Assembly (NCBI GenBank): GCA_041640595.1
Contig: JBEPZY010000006.1
Coordinates: 32,001 to 96,000, forward strand
Direction of reading: 5' to 3'
Source: Gemmatales bacterium
Lineage (GTDB): Bacteria > Planctomycetota > Planctomycetia > Gemmatales > HRBIN36
DNA length: 64,000 bases
Shown one piece after another: positions 34,501 to 46,292 of this stretch. How positions within the stretch are numbered: the first letter of the stretch is position 1; each line of letters begins with the position of its first letter. The notes below the pieces were generated by a model. The model searched no databases. It saw only the letters and a list, made by a program, of their open reading frames with translations, and was not told the DNA's origin. A program made the position numbers and the translations under genes.

Positions 34501-35374
34501 GCGTGTTCAGGATAAGCGGATCGCGAACATCCCCCAGCACTTCGATTTCTTGCAAATTGCTGACGATGATTTGATCCACATGCTTGGCCGTCAACTCGCT
34601 GCCAGATTCCAGGAAAATTTCTCCCGTCTTGGGATCCACAACATCGCCAACCACACGCCGACCCACCAGTTTGTTGGCACTTTGCGGAGTAACTTTGATT
34701 CGCTCCGTGGGGTAAAAGGTCCGCAGAATATCAGCGTCGGTGGAATACTTGGGCGACATAGCCCGCAGCAGCGTCGTGGCCGTGAACTTGCCGCTCTGGT
34801 CAATGCGGACCGCCAGCACGTCTTTCTTGGTAACATTCATCTCGATCCAGCTGCCGCGCTCAGGAATGATACGGCAGCCGTGAAACTTACGATCACCCTC
34901 TGTTTCCACCGTGAAATCTACGCCGGGACTCCGATGTAGTTGGCTAACCACAACCCGCTCGGCACCGTTGATGATAAACTCTCCACCCCCAGTCATGATG
35001 GGGATGTCGCCGAGATAAACGTCTTCATCTATCACCTCGTCCCCGCGGTGCAGCCTCAGGAAAACGCGGAACGGTCGCCCATACGTCAACTTCAACTGTC
35101 GGCATATATCGGGATCAAAGCGCGGTTTGCCCAGCTCGTAGTAAAGGTACTCCAGGCGCACGCTTTTGTCGTAATTTTCGATAGGAAATGTCTCACGAAG
35201 AATGGCCTCCAGTCCAATGTTCTTGCGCTCTTTCGGCGGAACATCCGCCTGCAGGAATTGCTCGTAAGAGCGAATTTGCACTTCTACCAGGTTGGGTACA
35301 GGAATGGCATCGCCATAGCGGCCAAAATTGCGGGTCTGTTTTGGGATGATTGTCCGCTGGGTTGGAATCGGCAT
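31535..35374 (-). CDS. rpoB: RNA polymerase beta subunit
   Basis: [37 protein letters not shown]. Confidence 0.99.
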   Translation of the reverse strand: MPIPTQRTIIPKQTRNFGRYGDAIPVPNLVEVQIRSYEQFLQADVPPKERKNIGLEAILRETFPIENYDKSVRLEYLYYELGKPRFDPDICRQLKLTYGRPFRVFLRLHRGDEVIDEDVYLGDIPIMTGGGEFIINGAERVVVSQLHRSPGVDFTVETEGDRKFHGCRIIPERGSWIEMNVTKKDVLAVRIDQSGKFTATTLLRAMSPKYSTDADILRTFYPTERIKVTPQSANKLVGRRVVGDVVDPKTGEIFLESGSELTAKHVDQIIVSNLQEIEVLGDVRDPLILNTLAEDKAKTHEEALLRIYGRLRPGNPPQLDKAIELFRERFFDPARYRLGRVGRFRMNRKFGLNVPEDEMTLRAEDLVECIRYILRLRDPDGQAQVDDIDHLGNRRVRTIDELAADEIRKGLLKLQRTVRERMQMKDPSEMTPRTLINPKHVSAAVEYFFGRGELSQVVDQTNPLSQLTHERRLSALGPGGLNRKRAGFEARDVHISHYGRICPIETPEGTNIGLISSMGIYARVNEHGFLITPYRRVKDGKVTDEVVWLRADEEAEHALAPADTPRQDGKLLGDRIQVRRGGELVQVSPKEVEFIDVSPKQIVGVSAGLIPFLEHDDANRALMGANMQRQAVPLLETEPPLVATGMETEVPKYSGMVLRAAKDGYVLYVDGERIITGDAPLSQEEMDKARGPQALLKLARSQPGAREYVLRKFLGLNEKTCLNQKPIVRIGQRVKKGQVIADGPATYKGELALGRNVLVAFMSWEGYNFEDAIIISERLVQEDIYTSIHIEEFETEIRETKLGKEEFTNDIPNVSTKQLANLDQHGVVRVGTYVRPGDILVGKIAPKSKAELTPEEKLLHAIFGRAGEDVKNVSLEVPPGVEGIVIHAERYSRRASLSEEERKELDRQEKEIEQQATRAVVQEYRQFVENLQRILEKKDIRGPDDKILGREGSEKLQYEQAVKLATADPEEKFLQALLEPLRSPERKKQVEDAYRYAVERIRQILDEKERQINYLKRGDELQPGVQQMVKVWVATKRRISVGDKMAGRHGNKGVIAKILPIEDMPFLEDGTPVDIILNPLGVPSRMNVGQILETHLGWAAAKLGFRAISPVFDGASEEEIRACLREAGLPEHGKVRLYDGRTGEPFDQEVTVGYLYMMKLHHLVDDKIHARATGPYSLITQQPLGGKARSGGQRFGEMEVWALEAYGAAYLLQELLTVKSDDVDGRSKIYESIVKGLPKLEAGTPASFEVLTHEIKGLGLNLQLIRKQQQLLPVEGRGL

Positions 35375-35744
35375 ACGACAGGCTCCTCGTTAGGCAAAGC
35401 CGTGCAAAGGTCAGACCGTCCAGGACGGTCGCGACCTGAGCTGTGTGGAAATTGCGTTCCCCAGGTAACAAAGATTCTCCGCCACCGGTCCAGCAACACC
35501 GGCGCAAACAGCTAGTACGCCACCGAGTATTCCTCGGCCAAAAAGCAAAATTTCCCTGCTCAACTGCCAGGACACCAGACTTTCTTGCCTCACCACGACC
35601 TGGGACGCCGAACTGCTCCGAGTAAGATGATCGGCAAGCGCACCATGAGCATGCCAGCACCGTACCCGGAGAGATTCCGCGGACCGGACGGTTCCAGTCC
35701 AACCGTCCGATCGCCGCCGGGTTGACAAGCCCTGCTCCCTGCAA

Positions 35745-36161
35745 TTATTCCAGGACGACTTCCGCACCGACCTTTTCCAGGCGCTCCTTGATTTTTTCTG
35801 CTTCTTCCTTGGAAACGCCCTGCTTGATCGGCTTGGGGGCTCCCTCGACAAGGTCTTTGGCTTCTTTCAGCCCCAGACCGGTAATTTCCCGGACCTCCTT
35901 GATGACCTGAACCTTCTGGGCACCAAAGCTCTTGAGAATGACGTTGAACTCCGTTTTCTCGGCCTTCTTTTCCGCGGGGGCAGCACCCGGTGCCGCTACG
36001 CCAGCAACCGGCATAACTGCTGCCGCAGCCGCCGCCTTGATGCCATGCACTTTTTCGAGGTATTCCGAAAGCTGCACGCACTGAGCGACGGTGAGCGCGA
36101 CAATGCGGTCGCCGAGTTCACGAATTTCTGGTGCCCAGACTTGACCGTTGCCTTCTGCCAT
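35745..36161 (-). CDS. rplL: 50S ribosomal protein L7/L12
   Basis: [21 protein letters not shown]. Confidence 0.98.
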   Translation of the reverse strand: MAEGNGQVWAPEIRELGDRIVALTVAQCVQLSEYLEKVHGIKAAAAAAVMPVAGVAAPGAAPAEKKAEKTEFNVILKSFGAQKVQVIKEVREITGLGLKEAKDLVEGAPKPIKQGVSKEEAEKIKERLEKVGAEVVLE

Positions 36162-36274
36162 AGCGCTGTTCCTTTCTTCCCTGGATGATTGTTTTCAGCA
36201 AATCTTGCTGTGTCAAGCCCGATCACGGCTGCTAGCTGGCCCCATGTCGCCGCCAGCAGCTGCACGATGGATTT

Positions 36275-36814
36275 TTAGGCAGGAGGTGAAGAAGGTGATT
36301 GTTCGGGGCGTGCCTTGATCTGGCCAGCCAGTCGGGCGCCAGGACCTCGAAGTTGGGCTACCAAATTGGCCGCCGGCCCCAGAATCAAGCTGACCAAGCG
36401 ACCCAAGGCTTCTTCCCGAGTCGGGAACCGCTTCGCCTCTTCGAACGAAACGCTCCGTTTCTCAACGATGGCCACCTTGGGTTCAAAAATTACCTGAGGC
36501 TTTTCGCTTTTGATTCGCTCGGCCCATTGTTCGATTTCGCGAGCTAATTGAGCGATACTGGTTGAACCCCAGGCAACGATGGTCGGCCCTACCCAGCATT
36601 GCTCAGGCACTTCCAGCCCCAGTTCCTTGAACACACGCGAGGCCAGAGTGTTTTTGACCATGTGCAAGCGAATGTTTTTCTTACGCAAATCGAGGCGCAT
36701 CTGCGTGGTTGTGCGGGCGTCCAACCGCTGCACATTCAGCAGCACCATATCCTGCACGCCGCTGAACGTCCGCCGCAGTGCTTCCATCTGCAGTTGCTTG
36801 ACCAGCTTGCTCAT
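36275..36814 (-). CDS. rplJ: 50S ribosomal protein L10
   Basis: MSKLVKQ..., MVKNTLA, PTREEALGRL; sits between rplA and rplL. Confidence 0.95.
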   Translation of the reverse strand: MSKLVKQLQMEALRRTFSGVQDMVLLNVQRLDARTTTQMRLDLRKKNIRLHMVKNTLASRVFKELGLEVPEQCWVGPTIVAWGSTSIAQLAREIEQWAERIKSEKPQVIFEPKVAIVEKRSVSFEEAKRFPTREEALGRLVSLILGPAANLVAQLRGPGARLAGQIKARPEQSPSSPPA

Positions 36815-36963
36815 GGCCCAATCCTGAAATCTATCCCTTGCAATAATTCCTATTGCGACTGCCGCGCCTTCACCAGTCCCGTCCGGGGAACAGAAATTTG
36901 TACGCGAATCATCGGCCAGTGGCAAGGGCTGCGAAATTTTTTCGCGGTTTCATCGGTCCTCAA

Positions 36964-37881
36964 TTAGACGGCGATGCGAATACCCGGGCCCATGGTGGAG
37001 CTCAAAGTAACGGATTTGATGTATTGCCCTTTGACTGCCGCAGGCCGAGCTGCTCGCACGGCTTCGATAAATGCCTGGGCATTTTCCACCAGTTTGTCGG
37101 TTTCGAAACTGAGCTTGCCAATGGGAGCGTGGACATTGCCAGTCTGGTCAACGCGATACTCCACCTTGCCCATCTTGAATTCGCGGACGGCTTGCCCAAT
37201 GTCGCCTGTGATCACCGTACCGGCCTTGGGCGAAGGCATCAATCCCCGCGGGCCGAGCAGTTTTCCAAGCCGACCGACAATACCCATCATATCCGGAGTG
37301 GCCAGGGCAACATCAAAATCAAACCAGCCCCCCTGAATCTTTTTAGCCAGATCATCTGCGCCGACGTAATCCGCTCCGGCTTCTTTAGCCCGCGTGGCAT
37401 TCTCGCCGGCCGCGAAAACCAGCACCCGTACCGGTTTACCGATACCGTGCGGCAAAGCTACCGCTCCCCGCACTACCTGGTCGCTCTGTTTCGGGTCCAC
37501 GTTCAGGTGCATGTGAATCTCTACGGTTTCATCGAATTCAGCACGGCGGTGTTGTTTGAGGAAGTCAATTGCCTGCCGCAGAGACATCGGCTCCAGCTGG
37601 CGGATTTTTTCCTTGAGTTGCTTGAGCTCGTTGCGTTTCTTCCTGCCCAGCGATGGCGCCTGACCGGGCTTACGCTTCTTTTCTTTAGCCGGTGCCTGAA
37701 CGGCAGTTTTGCTCTCGGCCTCCTTTGCAACCTCAGGCGGTTTGGGTGGCGGTGCGGGTTCCGGCTTCGCTTGCTCTTTCACAGCTGCTTTAGCTTTAGC
37801 CGGCGCTTCTTTTTTTTCAGCAGTAGTTTTTTCTTCCGCCGGTGCTGGCGTGGCTGCTTCAGCGGTTTTCTTTCTTCCCAT
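36964..37881 (-). CDS. rplA: 50S ribosomal protein L1 (long N-terminal extension)
   Basis: [36 protein letters not shown]. Confidence 0.98.
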   Translation of the reverse strand: MGRKKTAEAATPAPAEEKTTAEKKEAPAKAKAAVKEQAKPEPAPPPKPPEVAKEAESKTAVQAPAKEKKRKPGQAPSLGRKKRNELKQLKEKIRQLEPMSLRQAIDFLKQHRRAEFDETVEIHMHLNVDPKQSDQVVRGAVALPHGIGKPVRVLVFAAGENATRAKEAGADYVGADDLAKKIQGGWFDFDVALATPDMMGIVGRLGKLLGPRGLMPSPKAGTVITGDIGQAVREFKMGKVEYRVDQTGNVHAPIGKLSFETDKLVENAQAFIEAVRAARPAAVKGQYIKSVTLSSTMGPGIRIAV

Positions 37882-38028
37882 TGGTGGTCTCGCTTCTGGT
37901 AAAGAGTCGCTTCCGTTTTTGCCTTTCCCGCAGCTTCAGCACAGTAGCTGCGTTTGATGGCGTAAGTGCTCAGAAATTAAAAACCAATCGGGCCAGATAA
38001 GCGGATTCCTGTCCGAAATCGAATCGGA

Positions 38029-38508
38029 TTAGACGATGCGTAGCCCCATACTGCGAGCGGTGCCTTCAATGATGCGAATAGCGTGTTCCAAATCGCGAGC
38101 GTTGAGGTCGGCCATTTTCCGCTCGGCGATCTGCCGCAGCTGGTCGCGGGTCACGGAAAAATTCGAATATTTACCCGTGCGTTTGGCTTTTTCCTCTGGC
38201 GGCAGGACTTCGCCGCCTTTCTTCTTTTCGATGGGGATGCCGGCTGCCTGCTTCAACAGCACGGCCGCCGGTGGGCTTTTGACCACAAATTCGAAGCTGC
38301 GATCGCTATAGACCGTGATCTCCACCGGCAGCATCAGGCCACGCTGATCCTTGGTGCGTTCGTTGAATTCCTGAACGAACTTACCGATATTGACACCATG
38401 CTGGCCCAGCGCTGGCCCTACAGGGGGCGCCGGTGTCGCCATACCGCCAGGACACTGCAGTTTGATTTTCGCTTTTACTTCTTTTTTTCCCTTAGCCGGA
38501 GGTGGCAT
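38029..38508 (-). CDS. rplK: 50S ribosomal protein L11
   Basis: [25 protein letters not shown]. Confidence 0.98.
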   Translation of the reverse strand: MPPPAKGKKEVKAKIKLQCPGGMATPAPPVGPALGQHGVNIGKFVQEFNERTKDQRGLMLPVEITVYSDRSFEFVVKSPPAAVLLKQAAGIPIEKKKGGEVLPPEEKAKRTGKYSNFSVTRDQLRQIAERKMADLNARDLEHAIRIIEGTARSMGLRIV

Positions 38509-38649
38509 GGTGACATCACTCCCTAGCACACCGCAAGGCAATATCCGCCCGGTGTTGAAATCCCATCAGCGCCGCAGATTTACCCACGTGGGAATGGGAA
38601 TGTAGGATTGTAGCAATTACGTCAAGGCACCGACAAGGGGCAAGGTTAT

Positions 38650-39273
38650 TTAGACCGCTTCCAGCTGCCAGGATTCGACTTCCACAGGCACATCGCGACC
38701 GAATATTTTGAGCATGACGCGGACGGTGCCCTTCTGTTCGAGAATTTCCGCGACCTCCCCTTCCATGCCTGCAAAAGAACCTTCCCGGATTTTGACGAGG
38801 TCGCCTTTGCTGAAGCGAATCCGCGTCGTCGGTGCCCGCTGGTCTATCGTTTCCGGACGCAAACCGAGAATCTGTTGCACTTCATGTTCGGGCAGTGGCT
38901 GCGGTGGTCGGCCCGGCCCAGCCCCGACAAAATCAATGACCCCCGGGGTGCTGCGAATCAAATAGTGCAACTTGTCGTTGAACTCCAGCTCGACAAAAAT
39001 GTAGCCGGGGTACAGCTTGGTTTTGCGTGTGACGCGTTTTCCCCGCACCATCTCCGTGACCTTCTCCATGGGGATAACCACCTGGCCGAACGACTGCTCG
39101 AGACCCTCGATTTTGACACGGCGTTCAATGGCCTTTTTGATGGTCTCTTCCTGGCCCGCGGTAACCTTGACCGTGTACCACTTCTTGCCCCCCGTCGTCG
39201 CCGATGCGGCGGCGGGTTGGTTGGCGCTGCCACCAGCTTCTGTTTGGCTTTCCGCCCCGTCCGGCAGGCTCAT
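38650..39273 (-). CDS. nusG: Transcription termination/antitermination factor NusG
   Basis: KWYTV, LYPGYIFVE, TPGVIDFVG, KOW domain, IFGRDVPVE. Confidence 0.97.
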   Translation of the reverse strand: MSLPDGAESQTEAGGSANQPAAASATTGGKKWYTVKVTAGQEETIKKAIERRVKIEGLEQSFGQVVIPMEKVTEMVRGKRVTRKTKLYPGYIFVELEFNDKLHYLIRSTPGVIDFVGAGPGRPPQPLPEHEVQQILGLRPETIDQRAPTTRIRFSKGDLVKIREGSFAGMEGEVAEILEQKGTVRVMLKIFGRDVPVEVESWQLEAV

Positions 39274-39396
39274 AGCTGAGTCTCCACAGTGCTTCGGCAA
39301 CCAGATTTTCTACAGCTGGCCTCGCCAGCTCTCCCCATTGAATGTCGTCCGCTTACCGTGTCGCTTCTTGGTGCCTGATTCCAGGAAATCCTCCCA

Positions 39397-40356
39397 TTAT
39401 CCTCCCAAAACTCCCAAAAAGCGACCCAAAATCAGCGTCCACAAGATGTCCATCAGGTACAGGAAAATCGCCAGCAACACCATACTCACCAGAACCACCG
39501 CAGTATCACGCCATAAACTCCGCCAACTTGGCCAGTACACTTTCACCATTTCATTCTCAGCAGAAACCAGAAAGTCGGTGAAACGAGGATAGTTCACCAA
39601 CCGCCAGGCAAACCAGCTTCCCAACCCCAGCACGACCAGACTCAGCGTCAGCCTCGGCATGCGCACTACCGTAAAGGCCGTACCGGTAAACGGCAGAACG
39701 AGAGTCCATTCGCCGCTACCGCCCAGATGAAAATGCGTGTAATACCATATCCCGGCGACAAATATCAGAATCACGCCGATCATGGTGCCTCGCCGGAGCC
39801 AGATGCCCTGTCCCTTCTTATACAGCCGAAACGACACCCAGCCCTGCTCTTCTATAGCCAAACTCCAATCCCGGAAACGCGGCGATTTGGCCCAGCGGTA
39901 AAGCCAGACGATTTCCCCGACGGCCAGCGCCGCCAATAATCCCAGCCCCAGGTATTGCCCGGTCTGGCCCAAGTGCCACCAGCTGAACAGCCATTCCAGC
40001 AACCGGCCGCTGACCCACCAGATCGCGCCAGCCGCGAGCCAGCCCGCGGTCATTAACGTTACACCGCCCGATAAGCCGTCCATGCGGGGAAATACTTTCG
40101 GCCAGGCATACACCAGCCCAGCAGTCACCAGCGCCAGAACCCCCAATTTCAAAGTGCCGCCAAGAAACATGTTTCCTTCAAACCACTGCGCCACGTAGAT
40201 ATTCCACAACTCAGGCAACAAGTGATGGACTAACACAACGCCCATCCAGACATATAGACCCCCGATCAAACTGGCGAGCGGGAACGTCCAGGTCCAGACG
40301 GACGGTTTCTTGGTTTCGGCTTTGCTTTCGACTTTGTTCTGGACGGCATAGGCCAT
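39397..40356 (-). CDS. secE: Preprotein translocase subunit SecE with a large polytopic N-terminal extension
   Basis: C-terminal DFLVSAENEMVKVYWPS plus TM; sits between tRNA-Trp and nusG. Confidence 0.92.
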   Translation of the reverse strand: MAYAVQNKVESKAETKKPSVWTWTFPLASLIGGLYVWMGVVLVHHLLPELWNIYVAQWFEGNMFLGGTLKLGVLALVTAGLVYAWPKVFPRMDGLSGGVTLMTAGWLAAGAIWWVSGRLLEWLFSWWHLGQTGQYLGLGLLAALAVGEIVWLYRWAKSPRFRDWSLAIEEQGWVSFRLYKKGQGIWLRRGTMIGVILIFVAGIWYYTHFHLGGSGEWTLVLPFTGTAFTVVRMPRLTLSLVVLGLGSWFAWRLVNYPRFTDFLVSAENEMVKVYWPSWRSLWRDTAVVLVSMVLLAIFLYLMDILWTLILGRFLGVLGG

Positions 40357-40602
40357 AGGGAAAATCCTTCGCGGCGTTTGCCAGCCGATCGGCTTTGCGG
40401 TTAGTGGCGACCAGCAGCGAGTCTTATTGTAGCAGAAAGCAATTGACCCTTACACCCCCATTGTGCCAGAGCAGATGCGTGGTCCTGGTTGATAGACGAA
40501 GAGAAATAGACTATCGCAAAACTTACGCCCGGCTTCGCAGTTCCTCGCGGCAGAGGAACAGTATATGGGCCAAAATCCCTGAGGAATAGCTTCCGATGTC
40601 AG

Positions 40603-40675
40603 CAGGGGCAGAGGGATTCGAACCCCCAACCTGCGGTTTTGGAGACCGCTGCTCTACCAGTTGAGCTATGCCCCT
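40603..40675 (-). tRNA. tRNA-Trp (CCA)
   Basis: Cloverleaf AGGGGCATAGCTCAACTGGTAGAGC..CTCCAAA..GGTTCGAATCC..TGCCCCTG; 3' CCA not encoded. Confidence 0.97.
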
Positions 40676-40730
40676 GGGCGAACGAGTTTGTTTCGCCGAC
40701 GGTACTGGTCACGGCGTAGCTGCGCAGGGA

Positions 40731-40895
40731 CTATTTCTTCCGCGACTCTTTATGCACAGTGTGCTTGCGCTCGCGTGGGCAGAATTTTCGCAGTTCCAGC
40801 TTATCAGTGCTGCGGAGGTTTTTCTCGGTACGATAATTTCTCTCACCGCAGCTGGTACACTCCAGCCAGACGTAATCGCGTTTCTTTTCCGCCAT
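40731..40895 (-). CDS. rpmG: 50S ribosomal protein L33
   Basis: Manual translation [54 protein letters not shown] (54 aa, below the ORF-track cutoff). Confidence 0.97.
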   Translation of the reverse strand: MAEKKRDYVWLECTSCGERNYRTEKNLRSTDKLELRKFCPRERKHTVHKESRKK

Positions 40896-41004
40896 TGTCA
40901 GCCTCGAATGCTGGCTAGCTTACACTCACGAAAAAGGTCACGGGGAGCGGACACTCCCCGTTGCTGTTGCTCCATTTATTCACAGATACCGCTGGCGATT
41001 CTGT

Positions 41005-42219
<1,215 letters not shown>

Positions 42220-42497
42220 GATGACTCCCGTTCCTTTCCCGTTAGGGGCAAAGCCAATTTGCCCCGATCCTTGATGCTCCGGGCCGCCCCAGTTGGCTGA
42301 CCCACTTTCTTCTAGGTAGCAACGCCCCTGCCTCGTCGCGGAAAGCACAAATGGCCGGGCCTGCTACCTGCACCTGGCCATATCCATTGTACCGATCCGC
42401 CGCTGGTTAGCCATTCGCTCGCGGAATCGGTAGGCCCACGCGTACGGCTGGCAGACCACAGCCAGTTTTGCTCTCAGCTGTTTCCGCCAGCCAGCAG

Positions 42498-42570
42498 AGC
42501 TGCTGATGGGACTCGAACCCATGACCTCGTCCTTACCAAGGACGTGCTCTACCAGCTGAGCTACAGCAGC
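42498..42570 (-). tRNA. tRNA-Thr (GGT)
   Basis: GCTGCTGTAGCTCAGCTGGTAGAGC..TTGGTAA..GGTTCGAGTCC..CAGCAGCT. Confidence 0.97.
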
Positions 42571-42579
42571 AAGTTCGAG

Positions 42580-42650
42580 AGCGGGTGATGGGAATCGAAC
42601 CCACATCACCGGCTTGGAAGGCCGGGGCTCTGCCATTGAGCTACACCCGC
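42580..42650 (-). tRNA. tRNA-Gly (TCC)
   Basis: GCGGGTGTAGCTCAATGGCAGAGC..CTTCCAA..GGTTCGATTCC..CACCCGCT. Confidence 0.97.
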
Positions 42651-42706
42651 ATTTTCGCACCTGAGCCGAGGCTGCTCCCCTCGTCTATCGTACGTCCTAG
42701 CGGTAA

Positions 42707-42791
42707 TGGGCAGGGAGGGATTCGAACCCCCGTAGGCCGTAAGGCCACCAGATTTACAGTCTGGCCCCTTTAGCCACTCGGGCACCTGCCC
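42707..42791 (-). tRNA. tRNA-Tyr (GTA)
   Basis: GGGCAGGTGCCCGAGTGGCTAAAGG..CTGTAAA.., long variable arm, GGTTCGAATCC. Confidence 0.97.
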
Positions 42792-43094
42792 TGGTGCATC
42801 ATGTCCAAGTGTAGTCAGGCGAGCAAAATATTTTCGCAGCACTCAGCCAGAACGTCCAGTCCCGCAGGACAAAAGTTTGCAGTTGTTCGCCTGATAATAC
42901 AGGGCAACAGATATTTTACCGACCAACCTGCGACTCTGCAAGATGGGCAACTTTCAGGCTGAGTTGAGCCCTTCAGAGTCTTCACGAGCTTTTCCGGCCC
43001 TCCCCAGGCCGAAATATGTTGCCCACCCTTAGAGCGGGGTTTGTGCAGAAAAACCTGACGCTGGTGCTTCCACTTCCCTGCACCGTTGTTTTAG

Positions 43095-43184
43095 CGGAGA
43101 GGGCGGGATTCGAACCCGCGGTATCCCTTTTGGGGATACACGGCATTTCCAGTGCCGCGCCTTCGGCCACTCGGCCACCTCTCC
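43095..43184 (-). tRNA. tRNA-Ser (GGA)
   Basis: GGAGAGGTGGCCGAGTGGCCGAAGG..CTGGAAA.., long variable arm, GGTTCGAATCC. Confidence 0.96.
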
Positions 43185-43461
43185 CAGGCTCACTCGTACA
43201 GTCGCGGAATAGGTCGTTCCACCACGCGACCAATCCCATTTTACACGCCATCCGACCAACCGGGCAGATTCTTCTGCACAACCCTGTTCCTTTCGACCTG
43301 CATTTTCCCACCACCGTGAGTTGACGAATTGACCCTGCAAATCGTTACAATCCGAATCGGCTTGCACGGACGCTGCGTCAATCTCTTGCCCGCACCACTA
43401 TGAAAGCTCGCAGCTTTGCCCTCGTGAAATGCGGTTCCTGCCAGCGTATAATTGGAGCGAA

Positions 43462-45651
43462 ATGAAGGATTTGACAGAAACGATTCTGCAATACGTCCGA
43501 CGTCCCAATTATCAGCCCGTAAAGGTCAAGGCGTTGGCCCGGCGTTTGGGAATCGCTGCCGAAGATTATGCCGAGTTTCGTCGCACGGTGAAAAACCTGA
43601 TTCGGCAGGGACAACTCAGCTGGGGCCGCAATCACGTTGTGCGCCCGGCCGACCAGCAGGCCAGCGAGGGTAGCACCGTTGTGGGTATCTTTCACAAGAC
43701 CGCGGGCGGCTTTGGTTTCGTTCGCCCCCACGGCGTGGAAAAATATAGCCCCCGCGAAATCTTCGTCCCCGCTCATGCAGTCGGAGACGCCGCCACCGGC
43801 GATGAAGTGCTGGTGCGACTGACACGGCGACCCACAGGCAGTGACCGTGGGCCAGTTGGTCGCATCGTCCGTGTCGTGGAGCGTGCCTCCCACCATTTCG
43901 TTGGCACCTACGTGGAACGCGGTGGGGAAGGTTTTGTCATCGTGGACGGCACACAATTCAACGAACCGATCTGGGTCGGTGACGCCGGCGCCAAAGACGT
44001 TCGCCCGCAGGACAAAGTGGTCGTGGAAATTGTGCGTTTTCCCTCCCCTGGTTTACCTGGCGAGGGTGTCATTACAGAGGTTCTGGGACCGCGCGGCGCC
44101 CCAGGTGTGGACACCCTTTCGGTTATCCGTGCCTTCAATTTGCCGGTGGCTTTTTCCGCAGAAGCGCTCGCAGAAGCTCGCCAGCAAGCCGAACGATTCC
44201 GCGAAGACGATCTCCAGGGACGCGAGGATTTTACTTCCTGGCTCACTATTACTATTGACCCGGAAGATGCCCGCGATTTCGATGACGCCGTTTCGCTCAG
44301 TTATGATTCCCATCGCCGCCACTGGCATCTGGGCGTGCATATTGCCGACGTGTCGCATTTCGTTCCGCCGGGCAGTGCCCTGGATCGTGAGGCACGCGAG
44401 CGAGGCAACAGCGTTTACCTGCCGCAACGGGTTCTGCCCATGCTGCCCGAGGTGCTGTCAAATCACCTGGCCAGTTTGCAACAGGGCCGCGTGCGCTATG
44501 TCAAGAGCGTGCTGATGGAGTTCACCCAGCACGGCCAGCGGGTGCACACACGCTTTACCGAAGCAGCCATTCGTGTGGCTCGGCGATTTACTTACACCCA
44601 GGTCCAGCAAATTCTCGATGCTGCCGGTGACCAGCACCAGCTCGCCAAGCTCCAGCAAAGCCTGCAACTATCGCCGCAATTGTTGGACCTCTTGTTCCGT
44701 ATGCGCGACTTCGCCATGATTCTGCGCGAGCGGCGCAAAAAACGAGGCGCTCTGGAGCTTTACATACCGGAAGTCGAACTGGAATACGATGCCGAGGGCC
44801 GGGTTTGCGGTGCGCATTACGTTCCCCATGACATCAGCCATCAGATTATCGAGGAATTCATGCTGGCAGCGAATGAAGCGGTTGCCGAACATCTGCAATC
44901 GCTCGGTGTGCCCTTTTTACGCCGCATCCACGCTCCTCCAACACCGCACAAACTCCGGGAGTTCGCGGAATTCGCACGGGAGCTCGGATATGACATTGAC
45001 CCCCGCTATGCTACCGATCGCTTCCAGTTGCAGCGCGTGCTTGAACAATCGCGGCATCGCCCGGAGGTTCACGCTGTTCATTACGCCTTACTACGCAGCC
45101 TCAAACAGGCCGAATACAGCCCCGTGGAAGAAGGCCATTACGCCCTGGCCAGCGAGCATTACTGCCACTTCACTTCTCCCATTCGCCGGTATCCCGATTT
45201 GACAGTGCATCGCTTGCTCAGCCGCTGGCTGCACACCGGCAAAGTCAGCGCTGACGAACAGGAACTGCTGGCTCTGGGAGCGCATTGCAGTTTCACGGAG
45301 CGCCGCGCTGATGAAGCCGAACGTCAGCTCATCCGCATGAAACTCCTCGCTTACTTGAGCGAACGAGTCGGCATGGAGCTGGAGGCGGTTATTACTGGAG
45401 TTGAGCCATTTGGGTTCTTTGCTCAGTCCCCTTTGCTCCCGGTGGATGGTCTGGTTCATGTGAGCAGCCTGACCGACGATTACTACTACCACGACGAAAC
45501 TACGCACAGCCTGATCGGTCGCCGGACGAAACGGCGCTTCCGTCTCGGTGATCGCGTCCGGGTCAAAGTCGTCCACGTGGACCAATACCGCCACGAACTG
45601 GATTTCCGCGTCGCCGACCTGGATAAACGCCACGAACCACGAGGCCGTTAG
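43462..45651 (+). CDS. rnr: Ribonuclease R
   Basis: TIDPEDARDFDDA, HFTSPIRRYPDL, C-terminal S1 domain; GGAG RBS. Confidence 0.97.
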   Translation: MKDLTETILQYVRRPNYQPVKVKALARRLGIAAEDYAEFRRTVKNLIRQGQLSWGRNHVVRPADQQASEGSTVVGIFHKTAGGFGFVRPHGVEKYSPREIFVPAHAVGDAATGDEVLVRLTRRPTGSDRGPVGRIVRVVERASHHFVGTYVERGGEGFVIVDGTQFNEPIWVGDAGAKDVRPQDKVVVEIVRFPSPGLPGEGVITEVLGPRGAPGVDTLSVIRAFNLPVAFSAEALAEARQQAERFREDDLQGREDFTSWLTITIDPEDARDFDDAVSLSYDSHRRHWHLGVHIADVSHFVPPGSALDREARERGNSVYLPQRVLPMLPEVLSNHLASLQQGRVRYVKSVLMEFTQHGQRVHTRFTEAAIRVARRFTYTQVQQILDAAGDQHQLAKLQQSLQLSPQLLDLLFRMRDFAMILRERRKKRGALELYIPEVELEYDAEGRVCGAHYVPHDISHQIIEEFMLAANEAVAEHLQSLGVPFLRRIHAPPTPHKLREFAEFARELGYDIDPRYATDRFQLQRVLEQSRHRPEVHAVHYALLRSLKQAEYSPVEEGHYALASEHYCHFTSPIRRYPDLTVHRLLSRWLHTGKVSADEQELLALGAHCSFTERRADEAERQLIRMKLLAYLSERVGMELEAVITGVEPFGFFAQSPLLPVDGLVHVSSLTDDYYYHDETTHSLIGRRTKRRFRLGDRVRVKVVHVDQYRHELDFRVADLDKRHEPRGR

Positions 45652-45897
45652 GCGTTTTCCTGGCTATTCCGGGTTCCAATACCTCGGAACTGGTCATCGT
45701 GTAATCGTTTTCCCATCTGCCGTTGACCGTTTGACTACCACCAGAGCCAGGCCGCCCACCGACCACTACCCGTGTTGTTTCAGCACAAACATGTGGTAAG
45801 CGGGGTACTTACCAGCTTACAGATTCCCCCATACCGAACACTAAACGCTTCCGCCCATGCCCTGCTCCGCCCTGCATAGCGCGAAAGCAGTCGCACT

Positions 45898-46004
45898 GTC
45901 AGAACGCACCTCGGAACGGTTTCAAACGTGTCACCCCTTTTGTTTTTCTCGCCTCATCCTCGTCAGAACGCGTCTCGGGACGGGTTCCAACCCGTGAACG
46001 CCTT
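45898..46004. repeat. Degenerate direct repeat pair (about 42 bp, 64-bp period)
   Basis: gtcagaacgcacctcggaacggtttcaaacgtgtcacccctt versus gtcagaacgcgtctcgggacgggttccaacccgtgaacgcctt. Confidence 0.6.
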
Positions 46005-46292
46005 AGCGGTGAGGAGGGGCTGAAACTGTAGCAAACGACTGAACGCGGATAGCAAAGGGGTGCCTGATCATCAAATACGCAAGCGGGCTGGGGTTTCGCA
46101 ATGTTTGACCCGCCTGGAAGCGGCTACTAAGGACTGCTAGCCAGGCACCTTGTCTCACCGAAATACCGGCGGGACTGCTAACCAGGCGATTTTGTGTCAC
46201 TAATAGCGGGAGGCTTTCGTTAATCCATCAGGGGAAATGGCGGTGTAAGGCAGCGCATCGCCAGGACAATTTCCCTGTTGCAGGGAGATGCC

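Noticed and set aside
35375..35744. ncRNA between rplL and rpoB
   Set aside because: GC hairpins are present (for example cggacggtt/aaccgtccg) but I recognise no family; they fit ordinary attenuator or stability structures.
43095..43184. tRNA-Sec (selC) or a prophage attachment site
   Set aside because: The anticodon is GGA (Ser) with a normal 7-bp acceptor stem; no integrase or duplicated 3' end was seen.
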